NCBI GenBank assembly: GCA_965223795.1
Contig: CBDCXL010000002.1
Location: forward strand, 2,368,001-2,432,000
Length of the DNA stretch: 64,000 nucleotides
Reading direction: 5' to 3'
From: Nitrospinales bacterium
GTDB lineage: Bacteria > Nitrospinota > Nitrospinia > Nitrospinales > VA-1
The translations under genes were made by a program, and so were the position numbers. Numbering within the stretch: the stretch's first letter is position 1; the number at the start of each line of letters is the position of its first letter. This document shows, piece after piece, positions 10,156 to 20,308 of this stretch. The notes under the pieces are model-generated. The model did no database searches, was not told the DNA's origin, and saw nothing but the letters and a program-made list of their open reading frames with translations.

Positions 10156-11538
10156 CAATGCCTCCCAATCCCAGCCCAAAACGGTTCAAAAACCGCACGA
10201 ACCCGTCGCTGAAAACATTATAATGATCATACTTTCAACAATATAGGCTATGCCGGGAGCTTTGCCACCTTTTTTCACAGATTGAGGCTCCCTCACTATC
10301 CGGTATTAAAATTATATGGGCCGGGCAACAGGACCGGTCCCACTAGCCCCTTTCCGGAAAAAAGGCGATTGAGAGCGCCTAAGCGACCGGTTTTTGCGAA
10401 TTGGGGCCAAAAAGCGGAAGGCTCCAGATACAGGGGTTAAGTGAAATCACAAGTTGGTTTTTCCCATTTCATTTTATTGACGCGTTCAATTTTTGCTCAT
10501 GGCGGAAACCTGAGCCGTCATGAATAGAATCCATTGTAATCGTTCTGGCCGAGAGGCCCGCATTTTTTATGGCCGCACGAAAAGAATCGACGTCCCTGCT
10601 GCTTGATGCCTCCAACCGGGGGTACCGCCTTTAAAGTTAAGCAAAGACAAGCATTTCTGTTTGGACGACGGCTTCTCTCAGGCTGGAGGAGTGGAATTGA
10701 AGAGCCAACCTATTCATTTGTGAAATGTGTTTCGGGAATACCCGGCATTGGATTCAAGATACAAGAAGGGGCACTGACAAACGTTCCGCGATCACCCATT
10801 CTTCTGATTGCCAATTAGAAAAAGGTCGGAACCATTTTCATTACGAACAAGAACACTATCAAAAATAAGAATATTCCAACCAAGCAAATTTTGACCTGTT
10901 GCTGAGGCCAACCCAACCGTTGTCCTCTATTTTGATGACCCGACTTTCTGCGCGAGCTGATTCCCTTAAAAAGGAATACGGTCATCCTGCGGGGATGACC
11001 TGCCCTCCAAAAAACTGCTCGAGATGTTGCATTAGGATTTGGGCCTGAATTAAATAAAAGGAAAACGGTTCTGGATGGATCGGAGGTTCAGCTCAGGTGG
11101 GGGAAAAGCAATACTTCGGTAACCATACCAATTTAAATATAAAATAATTATTTTCGATCCTCAGAAAGGTAAGGAGTCTTTTGGAAGTTCAATTTTTGAG
11201 ATACCCTCCCCCCTATCCAGATTTTCGAGAATATTTGGTATGTAAATGATAAAAATTAACAAGGTACTTGGGAGTATATCAACAGATTATTTTCATGGAT
11301 CTATATGAGTTTCCCTTATGTCCAATGGTCCAGAAATGGTCCACGAGGCTTTGACGGGGAACATGCCACACACGCATTTTGGGTTAACTGATTGAATGCA
11401 TGCGCTATAAAATCTTTTTGAGGGCAGTTCAAATTGGTGAAAATCAGACATTTCCTATTGTTTTCAGCATTTTGGATAATAAATAATAAGAGATGATGCC
11501 TAAAGTTTCAGATAAAAATTGTCCTGAATTTTATAGCC

Positions 11539-13095
11539 ATGCAAATTAAATTGAATTCCTATTGGGGGCACGCTCTTTTAATTCTTGTCCTGGCGGCAAC
11601 GTTTTTTTATCTGGACCTACTCCTTCCTCTGGGTTTCGCCGCAGGCATTCCTTATGTTTTGCTCGTTTTAATCGGTTTGTGGGCGGAATCACGCCGGCTT
11701 ATTATTTTTAACTCCTTACTTGGAACTGTATTGACGATTCTGGGAGCTTTTTATTCCCCGGTTTACCCGGATCTGATCCCTGCCGTTTTTAATCGGCTGA
11801 TTTCCATTGGAACACTCTGGCTCGTCACCTATTTTTGTCTGATGAGCCTGAAATGGTCCGAGGAGAAGTATCGCGGCGACCTTTTGGAACAGGCGAATCG
11901 ACGTCTTAAGGAGGAGTCTGGTTATGTTCAACTGCATCTCGAAATCGCTTCGATCGTAAATTTGTCCCGTTGTCTGGATGAAGCGATCACATGTAGTTTG
12001 CAAAAAATCTGTGAATTCACGAAATGGCCTGTGGGCCATCTTTATTTGATTTCGGAAGATAGGCAAACTCTGAAACCATCGGGACTTTGGTATCTGAAAA
12101 ATAAAAAAAGATTTAGAGACTTCTGGAATATCACAGGAAAATGCAATCTGGGATTGGGAGAAGGGCTCCCGGGGCGCGTGATCGCAAAAGGAAAGGCTCA
12201 GTTCATCACGGATATAAAATCAGATCCAAACTTCCCCAGAGCCAGCATGGCAAAAGAAATCGAAGTGGCATCGGGTTTTGGATTTCCCGTCCTAATAGAG
12301 GACCGGCCTGTTGGGGTCATGGAATTTTATTCCTCGCAAACCATGAAACCCGCCATAAGAATGCTGGAGGTGATGGAAAGCATCGGCATACTTCTGGGAC
12401 GTGTTGTTGAACGAACTCAGGCTGATAAAAGTAAGCAAGAATACAGCAATCGTTTACGCCAATTGTACCACAAACTTGATTCTATCCGGGAAGAGGAAAG
12501 CAAACGAATTGCACGAGAAGTGCACGACAACCTGGGTCAGCTTCTCACATCGCTCAAATTAGAGGTTTCGCTTTTGGAAGAGAAGCTGACAGAGAAAAAA
12601 GTTGATGCGAGCGAAAATATCAAATTAATGTTCAATCTCATCGATAAAAATATCGAAGCTGTGAAAGAGATTTCGCAAGAATTGAGGCCGCCTATTTTGG
12701 ATACCTTGAGTTTTACGGAAGCCATCGACTGGCAGGGGAGAGTGTTTCAGGAGAAAACAGGAATTATATTTAATTTCTCTTTTTCTAAGCCCAAATTTAA
12801 TCTGGATTCAGCACGATCCACCACTCTTTTTCGAATATTCCAAGAGTGCCTGACTAATATATCTCGTCATTCCGAAGCCAGCAAAATCCAAGTTGACCTT
12901 ACCAATCAGGAAAATGCAGTATTCATGCGTGTGCGGGATAATGGAATCGGGTTGTCGGAGGAAAAGGTCAATAGCATCCATTCACTTGGTCTTTTAGGAA
13001 TGAAAGAGCGCGCTCAAATGTTGGGTGGAAACGTGGAAATTCAGGGCACTGAAGGTGTTGGGACCACGGTTTTCATTCAATTGAAATATAGGTGA
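11539..13095 (+). CDS. Membrane sensor histidine kinase with GAF domain, HisKA_3 (NarX/UhpB class)
   Basis: About 4 N-terminal TM helices; GAF (GEGLPGRV...NFPR...GFGFPV); H-box RIAREVHDNLGQ; ELRP; FRIFQECLTNISRH; DNGIG; GLLGMKER. Confidence 0.93.
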   Translation: MQIKLNSYWGHALLILVLAATFFYLDLLLPLGFAAGIPYVLLVLIGLWAESRRLIIFNSLLGTVLTILGAFYSPVYPDLIPAVFNRLISIGTLWLVTYFCLMSLKWSEEKYRGDLLEQANRRLKEESGYVQLHLEIASIVNLSRCLDEAITCSLQKICEFTKWPVGHLYLISEDRQTLKPSGLWYLKNKKRFRDFWNITGKCNLGLGEGLPGRVIAKGKAQFITDIKSDPNFPRASMAKEIEVASGFGFPVLIEDRPVGVMEFYSSQTMKPAIRMLEVMESIGILLGRVVERTQADKSKQEYSNRLRQLYHKLDSIREEESKRIAREVHDNLGQLLTSLKLEVSLLEEKLTEKKVDASENIKLMFNLIDKNIEAVKEISQELRPPILDTLSFTEAIDWQGRVFQEKTGIIFNFSFSKPKFNLDSARSTTLFRIFQECLTNISRHSEASKIQVDLTNQENAVFMRVRDNGIGLSEEKVNSIHSLGLLGMKERAQMLGGNVEIQGTEGVGTTVFIQLKYR

Positions 13096-13102
13096 TAGGG
13101 GT

Positions 13103-13747
13103 ATGGGTAAACGTAGAGACTATATTCGAATATTAATAGCGGATGATCATCCTGTATTTCGAGAAGGTCTCCATCGCGCATTTTCGAAAAAGAAAGATCT
13201 GAAAGTGGTGGCCGAAGCGATCAACGGTCGGGAGCTTATGGACAAGGTCCAACAAACCGAGGTCGATGTTGTCATTCTGGATATTACTATGAATGGCGAA
13301 TGGAGTTTGGACTATATGAAGCAATTGAAAAATATGTTTCCAGAATTACCGGTGATCGTGTTGAGCGTGTACCCCGAAGAACATTTTGCTCTGCGCTATA
13401 TCAAAGCAGGAGCCTCCGGTTACGTCACGAAAGAAATTCCTCTGGATACATTGATTCAGGCAGTGCGCAAGGTTGCTGCGGGAGGAAATTATTTGAATGC
13501 GGAATTTATGGAAAAAGTGACTTTCAAAAATAAAGGCATTGATAAAAACCCACATGAATTACTTTCCGATCGGGAGTTTGAAGTTTTTCGTCTCATTGTA
13601 ACTGGAAACTCTCTCACTGCCATTGGTGAAAAATTATTTGTGAGTGTTAAAACAGTCAGCGCACATCGCAGTCATATTCTTCAAAAAATGAAAATGGAAT
13701 CCAATGCCGAGCTGATTCAATATGCGATCTTGAATCAGCTGGTATAG
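13103..13747 (+). CDS. NarL/FixJ family response regulator (receiver + LuxR HTH)
   Basis: ADDHPVFR, ILDITM, GYVTK, LSDREFEV, SVKTVSAHR. Confidence 0.95.
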   Translation: MGKRRDYIRILIADDHPVFREGLHRAFSKKKDLKVVAEAINGRELMDKVQQTEVDVVILDITMNGEWSLDYMKQLKNMFPELPVIVLSVYPEEHFALRYIKAGASGYVTKEIPLDTLIQAVRKVAAGGNYLNAEFMEKVTFKNKGIDKNPHELLSDREFEVFRLIVTGNSLTAIGEKLFVSVKTVSAHRSHILQKMKMESNAELIQYAILNQLV

Positions 13748-14019
13748 GATTTCATTACCCCGCCTCCCTCCTGTTTTTCGTAAGCCGCCCACAATAAATA
13801 TTTGATATTGCATGCTTTATGGATTTGTTTGGGGGCTTTCTTAACCTGTAATAAGAAAAATTCCACCACAAAAAGCAGCCTTATCTCATTTGGGAATAAA
13901 GGTCTGCTGATTCCTCCCTTTTGCACAGTTCACTACACTCCATCCAAGGCTGGAAAAGCAATATTTTTTTTGATGTTTTCCCAGCAGTTCTAGAGAACAC
14001 CAAAAAGTTTAACTGGATT

Positions 14020-14096
14020 TTCCAAAGCTCAATCAGAGTTCGGGACTTGCCCTCCCTTCCCCGCCTGGTGGCGGGGACTCTGATTGAGCTTTGGAA
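14020..14096 (+). repeat. 20-bp perfect inverted repeat with an internal hairpin in the nxrA leader
   Basis: TTCCAAAGCTCAATCAGAGT (14020-14039) / ACTCTGATTGAGCTTTGGAA (14077-14096), enclosing CCCCGCC-TGGT-GGCGGGG. Confidence 0.9.
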
Positions 14097-14255
14097 CAGT
14101 TCGATATCTTCTAACTTTCCGTTTGTTTTTCAGGCCTGGTGAAAGGAGGTGGATTAAATCAGGTTCATTGTCATGCTTATGTGGCGGTTGGACAGATATG
14201 CCAAATTGAGCAAAATCTTACTTCCAGCTATTTGGATAAAAAGAGGGAGATCATC

Positions 14256-17200
14256 ATGAGGTTAAACAGAAGGAAATTCTTGCAGATGAGCGCTGGTGTG
14301 GCGACAGCTATGGCCCTTTCCAGCAAGAAAGCAGGAGCTCAGCTAAAGCCCGTAGTGAAGGTAGGAAACCCGTTGGAATCCTATCCCGACCGGCGTTGGG
14401 AGGAAGTGTACCGCGATCAGTACAAGTATGAGCGGTCTTTCACCTACTGCTGTTCGCCCAACGACACCCATCAGTGCCGCGTTCGCGGATTCGTTCGTAA
14501 CGGCATCCTGATGCGTATCGAGCAGAACTACGATCATCACAAAATCCGCGATCTTTACGGCAACCAGGCCGACGCAGCGTGGAACCCGCGCATGTGTCTG
14601 CGTGGCATGACCTTTCCGCGACGGGTCTACGGACCTTATCGGAACAAGTATCCGATGATCCGCGTCGGCTGGAAACAGTGGGCGGACGACGGTTTTCCGT
14701 ATTTGGACAAAGCAAACCGCGAAAAATATAAGTTCACCAGCCGGGGCACGGACGAGTTCGTCCGTATGACCTGGGATCAGACCTTCACCTATCTGGCGAA
14801 AGGCCACGTGGCCGTTGCAAAAGCATACAGCGGCGCCCGCGGTGCCCAGCGCCTGAAGAACGAAGGTTATCAGCCTGAAATGATCGAAGCGATGGGCGGT
14901 TCCGGCCCGCGTACTTTCAAGTACCGCGGCGGTATGGGTATGGCAGGAGTCATCGGCAAATATGGGCTGTACAGAGTGTCCAATATGATGGGTCTGATGG
15001 ACGCGATCGTTCGGGGCCGGGGACCGGGGAAGGTATTGGGCGGCCGCGCATGGTCGAACTACACCTGGCACGGCGACCAGGCGCCGGGGCATTCCTGGAC
15101 GCACGGAATGCAGACCTCCGACATCGACTTCGCTGATCACCGGTATGCGAAGCTGACGATTCAGTGGGGTAAGAACCTGATCGAGAACAAGATGCCGGAA
15201 GCCCACTGGTACACGGAGATCATGGAACGCGGCGGCACTTTGGTCACGGTTTCTCCGGAGTACAACCCGCCGGCAACCAAGGCGGACTACTGGATTCCGG
15301 TGCGTGCGGGTCTTTCTGATATTTGCGTGTTCCTAGGCTGTGCGAAGATCATCATGGAAGAAGGTCTGGTCGATGTGGACTACGTTAAGGAGTACACCGA
15401 CATGCCGCTTCTGGTGCGAACGGACAACCTGATCCGTCTGCATCCGGACGATTTCATCCCCGGCTACAAGGCTCAGGCCCTGCCGAAGGATGGCTTCTCG
15501 ACAAAGTGGATGAAGAACTTCAACCGTGACAAGATGCCCGATTTCGTCGTGTGGGATACCAACTCGGACAAACCGGTTGCGATCAACCGCGAAGACATCG
15601 GCGCGAAGATGAAGAAGAAAAACATCGATCCTGCACTGGACGGTGTTTATGACATCAAGCTCGTGAGCGGCAAGACGATCACCGTCATGCCTCTGTACGA
15701 GATGTACAAAGTACATCTGAAAGACTACGATCTGGATACCGTCAATCAGATCAGTCACGCCCCGCGTGATCTCGTGCTTCGTGTTGCCCGCGACATCGGC
15801 ACCATCAAGCCGGTTGAGATCCACTACGGGGAAGGCATCAACCATTACTTCCACGCCACGATGCACAACCGGGCCTCATTTGTGCCCCTGATGCTGACCG
15901 GTAACGTAGGCCCGAAAGGCTCCGGTGCCCATACATGGTCCGGCAACTACAAAGCCGGCAACTACCAGGGTTCCCACTGGTCAGGACCTGGTTTCGCCGC
16001 ACTGGTCGCGGAAGATCCTTTCAATCCAGTTCTTGACGTTTCCAAGAACATCGACTGGAAGAACGTCAAGGGTTACCTGAAGGGTGAGGAAGTCGGATAC
16101 TGGGCGCACCGCGATAAAGCGCTGGTCGTCAATACCCCGCGGTATGGACGGAAAGTGTTCACCGGCCGCACCCATATGCCGACGCCTACAAAGTTGATGT
16201 GGTTCGTTAACGTCAACGTCATCAACAACGCGAAGTGGTTCTACGAGCTGGTGTTCAACACCAACAACAGCATAGACATGATCGTGGCTCAGGACATCGA
16301 GTTTAGCGGATCCTGCGAGTACTCGGACATCGTTTTGGCGCCGAACTCCTGGGCGGAATTCGAGTCTTACGAGATCACATCTTCGTGTTCGAACCCGTTC
16401 CATCAGATCTGGGGCGGCACCGGCATCAAGCCGATCTTCGACACAATGGACGACAACCTGATCCATCGGGAATTTGCGAGGAGGCTTTCAGAGGTTACCG
16501 GTGACAAACGCTTTGCAGATTACATGAAGGTGTATGAAGGCGAAGCGCCCAACCGGACGAAAGCCATGATTCGGCGTTTGTTTACCACATCAACAACCGG
16601 TATGGGTTACAACATCGACGACATCATCAACGGCAAGTACGGTGAGCCCGGATGTTGCCTGATGCTGTACCGGACCTATCCGCGGTCTCCGTTCTGGGAG
16701 ATGTTTTCGGAATCGAAGCCTTTCTACACTCCGAACGGCCGTATCCAGTTCTACAATGACGAACCGGAAGCGATCGAGTGGGGCGAAAACTTCATCGTCC
16801 ATCGTGAAGGACCTGAAGCGACGCCTTATCTGCCGAACGTGATCGTGTCCACCAACCCCTACATCCGGCCGGACGACTACGGCATTCCGGAAGACGAGCA
16901 GGATCCGGATCTGCGCCACGTCCGTAACATCAAGAAGCCCTGGTCCGCAGTGCGTACGACCAAGAACTTCTTGTGGGAGAAGGGATACCGGTTTTACTGC
17001 GTCACTCCGAAATCCAGACACACCGCGCATTCTTCCTGGGCCACCACGGACTGGAATATGATCTGGAACAACAACTTCGGCGATCCTTACCGCATGGATA
17101 AGCGGGCGCCGGGTGTTGGTGAGTGGCAGGTGCACATGAACCCGTTCCTGTGTAAAGACCTGGGTATCAACGACGGTGACTATGTATACTGCGACGCGAA

Positions 17201-17717
17201 TCCCGCTGACCGGCCGTACATGGGTTGGAAACCGTCGGATCCGAGGTACAAAGTGGCACGGCTCATGCTGCGGGCGAAGTACAACCCGGCATATCCGTAC
17301 CACACCACCATGATGAAGCATTCCTGCTGGGCATCTACGGAGAGATCCGTCAAGGCCCATGAAGAACGCCCCGACGGCCGCGCCATGTCGATGACCACTC
17401 CGTATCAGGCTAATTTTCGATATGGCAGCCAGCAGTCCATCACGCGGTCCTGGTTGATGCCCATGCATCAGACGGACAGTCTGTTCCATAAGGCCAAGTC
17501 GAAGATGAAGTTCATGCATGGCTACGAAGCGGATAACCACGCGATCAACGCAACTCCGAAAGAGACGCTGGTTAAGTTCTCCAAGGCCGAGGATGGTGGT
17601 CTCCATGGTAAAGGACTGTGGGAGCCCGTGCGAACGGGTTACACCCCGGAGTCACCGTTGAAAGACCGATTCGCGGAAATGTACCTTGCAGGTCAGTACG
17701 TCCGCGTGAAGATTTAA
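14256..17717 (+). CDS. nxrA: Nitrite oxidoreductase alpha subunit (periplasmic type, Mo-bisPGD)
   Basis: ATG at 14256 after GAGGGAG; Tat signal RRKFLQ; FS0 motif CSPNDTHQC...RMC; WSNYTWHGDQ; GEGINHYFH; TPKSRHTAHS. Confidence 0.97.
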   Translation: MRLNRRKFLQMSAGVATAMALSSKKAGAQLKPVVKVGNPLESYPDRRWEEVYRDQYKYERSFTYCCSPNDTHQCRVRGFVRNGILMRIEQNYDHHKIRDLYGNQADAAWNPRMCLRGMTFPRRVYGPYRNKYPMIRVGWKQWADDGFPYLDKANREKYKFTSRGTDEFVRMTWDQTFTYLAKGHVAVAKAYSGARGAQRLKNEGYQPEMIEAMGGSGPRTFKYRGGMGMAGVIGKYGLYRVSNMMGLMDAIVRGRGPGKVLGGRAWSNYTWHGDQAPGHSWTHGMQTSDIDFADHRYAKLTIQWGKNLIENKMPEAHWYTEIMERGGTLVTVSPEYNPPATKADYWIPVRAGLSDICVFLGCAKIIMEEGLVDVDYVKEYTDMPLLVRTDNLIRLHPDDFIPGYKAQALPKDGFSTKWMKNFNRDKMPDFVVWDTNSDKPVAINREDIGAKMKKKNIDPALDGVYDIKLVSGKTITVMPLYEMYKVHLKDYDLDTVNQISHAPRDLVLRVARDIGTIKPVEIHYGEGINHYFHATMHNRASFVPLMLTGNVGPKGSGAHTWSGNYKAGNYQGSHWSGPGFAALVAEDPFNPVLDVSKNIDWKNVKGYLKGEEVGYWAHRDKALVVNTPRYGRKVFTGRTHMPTPTKLMWFVNVNVINNAKWFYELVFNTNNSIDMIVAQDIEFSGSCEYSDIVLAPNSWAEFESYEITSSCSNPFHQIWGGTGIKPIFDTMDDNLIHREFARRLSEVTGDKRFADYMKVYEGEAPNRTKAMIRRLFTTSTTGMGYNIDDIINGKYGEPGCCLMLYRTYPRSPFWEMFSESKPFYTPNGRIQFYNDEPEAIEWGENFIVHREGPEATPYLPNVIVSTNPYIRPDDYGIPEDEQDPDLRHVRNIKKPWSAVRTTKNFLWEKGYRFYCVTPKSRHTAHSSWATTDWNMIWNNNFGDPYRMDKRAPGVGEWQVHMNPFLCKDLGINDGDYVYCDANPADRPYMGWKPSDPRYKVARLMLRAKYNPAYPYHTTMMKHSCWASTERSVKAHEERPDGRAMSMTTPYQANFRYGSQQSITRSWLMPMHQTDSLFHKAKSKMKFMHGYEADNHAINATPKETLVKFSKAEDGGLHGKGLWEPVRTGYTPESPLKDRFAEMYLAGQYVRVKI

Positions 17718-17727
17718 ATCTGGTGTT

Positions 17728-17755
17728 GGCGGGCTTCCCTTGTGGGGAGCCCGCC
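17728..17755 (+). other. GC-rich intercistronic hairpin between nxrA and nxrB, no U-tract
   Basis: GGCGGGCTTCCC-TTGT-GGGGAGCCCGCC (one G-U pair). Confidence 0.75.
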
Positions 17756-17805
17756 GCATCCGGTATTTAACGGAACTACACACAGCAAGCTAAGGAGGTA
17801 CGATA

Positions 17806-19083
17806 ATGCCTGAAGTCTATAACTGGCAACTGGGCCGGATGGCGACTTACGTATACGAAGAGAAGCATCCGAAAGAGCAGTTTACGTTCGTGTTCAACAC
17901 GAACCGCTGCATTGCTTGTCAGACGTGTACGATGGCCCATAAATCCACCTGGACCTTCTCCAAGGGCCAGGAGTATATGTGGTGGAACAACGTTGAAACG
18001 AAGCCTTACGGCGGTTACCCGCAGTTCTGGGATTGGAAGATCTTGAAGATGCTTGAGCAGTCCAATCCGGGTCAGAACGTGTGGAACGTCCGCAAGACTT
18101 CCAACAAGGCGATCCACGGCGTGTACGAAGGCGTGACGATTTTCGAAGCGCCTGCCAAGATCGGTTTGAACCAGCAAGCGATCGGTTACGTACCGACGGA
18201 CGAAGAGTGGCGCTTCCCGAACTTCGGCGAAGACACCGCTCACGGCCGCGAGTTCACGCAGTCCCGCGAAGGCACCTTCGGCGGCGACAACGGAACGCGT
18301 TCGGTGCTGCCCGAGCACAAAATCTGGTTTTTCTATGTCCAGCGCATCTGCAACCACTGCACGTATCCGGGCTGTCTGGCGGCGTGTCCCCGTAAGGCGA
18401 TCTACAAGCGCCAGGAGGACGGCATCGTTCTGATCGACCAGTCGCGCTGCCGTGGTTACAAAAAGTGCGTTGAGCAGTGTCCTTACAAAAAGCCGATGTT
18501 CCGCGGCACGACGCGGATCTCCGAGAAATGCATCGCCTGTTACCCGAGGATCGAAGGACTGGATCCGTTGACGGAAGGCGATCAGATGGAGACCCGCTGC
18601 ATGGCCGCCTGTGTCGGCAAGATTCGCCTTCAGGGTCTGGTGAAGATAGGCAGCAACGGCGAATGGGCGCACGATCCCGAGAATCCGCAGTATTACCTGA
18701 TTCGGGACCGCAAAGTCGCACTGCCGCTGTATCCGCAGCTGGGCACCGAGCCGAACGGTTACTACGTACCGTCGCGGCACGTTCCCAGGGCCTATTCACA
18801 GCAGATGTTCGGACCGGGCGTCGACCATGCGATCGATCAGTACATGGTTCCGGACCGGGATCTGCTGGGCGTCCTTCAGCTCTTTAGGACGACACAGCGC
18901 ATCATCTTCAAATGGAAACGTGAGCCGGGTCCGAAGATCTTCGAGACCAACATTCACGGCAAGAAGTTTGAGATGTACAACGACACGATCATCGGGTTCA
19001 ACCGGAAAGGAAAGGAAGTCATCCGCGTGACGGTTGAAGAGCCTTTCTACGTCCGGCCCGAGGAGCATGTCGGCGCCATCTAA
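17806..19083 (+). CDS. nxrB: Nitrite oxidoreductase beta subunit (Fe-S)
   Basis: MPEVYNWQLGR N-terminus; CIACQTC, YMWWNNVETKP, CNHCTYPGC, CRGYKKC, KCIACYPR, CMAACVG. Confidence 0.97.
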   Translation: MPEVYNWQLGRMATYVYEEKHPKEQFTFVFNTNRCIACQTCTMAHKSTWTFSKGQEYMWWNNVETKPYGGYPQFWDWKILKMLEQSNPGQNVWNVRKTSNKAIHGVYEGVTIFEAPAKIGLNQQAIGYVPTDEEWRFPNFGEDTAHGREFTQSREGTFGGDNGTRSVLPEHKIWFFYVQRICNHCTYPGCLAACPRKAIYKRQEDGIVLIDQSRCRGYKKCVEQCPYKKPMFRGTTRISEKCIACYPRIEGLDPLTEGDQMETRCMAACVGKIRLQGLVKIGSNGEWAHDPENPQYYLIRDRKVALPLYPQLGTEPNGYYVPSRHVPRAYSQQMFGPGVDHAIDQYMVPDRDLLGVLQLFRTTQRIIFKWKREPGPKIFETNIHGKKFEMYNDTIIGFNRKGKEVIRVTVEEPFYVRPEEHVGAI

Positions 19084-19141
19084 GGAGTGAAGTGAAGGCG
19101 AAAGCCCGGACTCGCTTGCAGCAAGAGTGCATCCTGCAACG

Positions 19142-19173
19142 CCGGGGCAGGGAGATTCCACTCCCTGCCCCGG
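19142..19173 (+). other. Perfect 13-bp stem hairpin between nxrB and nxrC
   Basis: CCGGGGCAGGGAG-ATTCCA-CTCCCTGCCCCGG. Confidence 0.8.
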
Positions 19174-19243
19174 ATTGCGGATTCCGGTTTCGGGCGGCCT
19201 TTGAACGATTCACCAGCAGTCCCGCTAACGAGGAGAGTTTACT

Positions 19244-20245
19244 GTGAAAAAGAAGATTCTATTCATACTCATCACAGCTTCAATGCTCGGCATGTTCGCT
19301 GCCAATTCCGGAGCCGCGACCATTGAGGCGCTCAAAGTAAAAGGGGACATCCCCATTGATCCGACCGATCCTTTCTGGTCCAATTACGGCCCCACCAAAG
19401 GGAAGCAGGTGGTCATCGACCTGGATCCGCAGATGATCACCAACCCCATGTGGCCGAATCCCGCGACCAAATGGGTCAATGTGAAAGCCGCCTCCAACGG
19501 CAAGGAAATCGCCATCCGGGTTTCCTGGACCGATCCCACAAGAAACGACATCATGGTGCAGTCCCAGCAGTACAAAGACCAGGGCGCGATCATGTTTCCT
19601 GTGAACCAGACCGGTGAAGAGCCTCCGTTCACCATGGGGGGTGACGGCGAGCGGGTCAACATCTGGCAGTGGAAAGCGACCTGGGATAAGGAAGGCGCTG
19701 GAAAAGCCGGCAACAAGGGAATGCAGGACCTGGAAGATCAGTATCGAAACATGGCGATGGGAGCCGGCGGGTACTACATGTATGAGCCCGACGGTTCACT
19801 CAAAGGCCTCGACACCCAGCACGCTTCCGGCAGCAAGTCCAAGCGGAACGCGGCCGGCATCGAGTCCGGCGGAGCCAGCGACATCTCCAAGCGCAACACC
19901 TACGTCGATTTCGGCATGGGCAAAGACGAGGGCGTGTACAATCCCGGCCGGGCCACCGGCAACATCCTCTCCGACGCATCCATGCGCGTGTCTCCCATTG
20001 AAGACCTGAACGCCGAAGGGTTCAGCACGCTGACCACACAGGCGAACCAGGATGTGGACGGCGAAGGCAACTGGAACAACAACCGTTGGGCCGTTGTCTT
20101 CAAACGCGCGCTCAAAACCGACGACCAGAACGACACCCAGTTCGCCAGCGGCAAAACCCCCGTCGCGTTCGCGATCTGGAATGGTCAGAACAAGGAAAGA
20201 AACGGTCAGAAAGGCGTCACCCAGTGGCATGAACTGAAATATTGA
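19244..20245 (+). CDS. nxrC: Nitrite oxidoreductase gamma subunit (EbdC-like periplasmic heme b protein)
   Basis: Sec signal; Met ligand region FTMGG; VNIWQWKA; AEGFSTLT; AFAIWNG..ERNGQK with Lys ligand; follows nxrB. Confidence 0.9.
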   Translation: MKKKILFILITASMLGMFAANSGAATIEALKVKGDIPIDPTDPFWSNYGPTKGKQVVIDLDPQMITNPMWPNPATKWVNVKAASNGKEIAIRVSWTDPTRNDIMVQSQQYKDQGAIMFPVNQTGEEPPFTMGGDGERVNIWQWKATWDKEGAGKAGNKGMQDLEDQYRNMAMGAGGYYMYEPDGSLKGLDTQHASGSKSKRNAAGIESGGASDISKRNTYVDFGMGKDEGVYNPGRATGNILSDASMRVSPIEDLNAEGFSTLTTQANQDVDGEGNWNNNRWAVVFKRALKTDDQNDTQFASGKTPVAFAIWNGQNKERNGQKGVTQWHELKY

Positions 20246-20276
20246 GTGAAGATCCGTTTTGCGAATTATCGAATGG

Positions 20277-20308
20277 GAGGTCCACATAAAAGTGGACCTC
20301 TTTTTTTT
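20277..20308 (+). terminator. Rho-independent terminator of nxrABC
   Basis: GAGGTCCAC-ATAAAA-GTGGACCTC followed by T8. Confidence 0.9.

Noticed and set aside
8701..10212. 503-aa plus-strand ORF
   Set aside because: Antisense to the well-supported thiolase.
10980..11000. Hairpin GGTCATCC-N5-GGATGACC
   Set aside because: Isolated short palindrome with no U-tract, second copy or associated gene.
14139..14255. 39-aa N-terminal extension of NxrA in the ORF track
   Set aside because: The Tat signal and RBS indicate the start at 14256.
14100..14255. Moco riboswitch before nxrA
   Set aside because: I could not match the conserved elements by eye; reported only as an unidentified structured leader.
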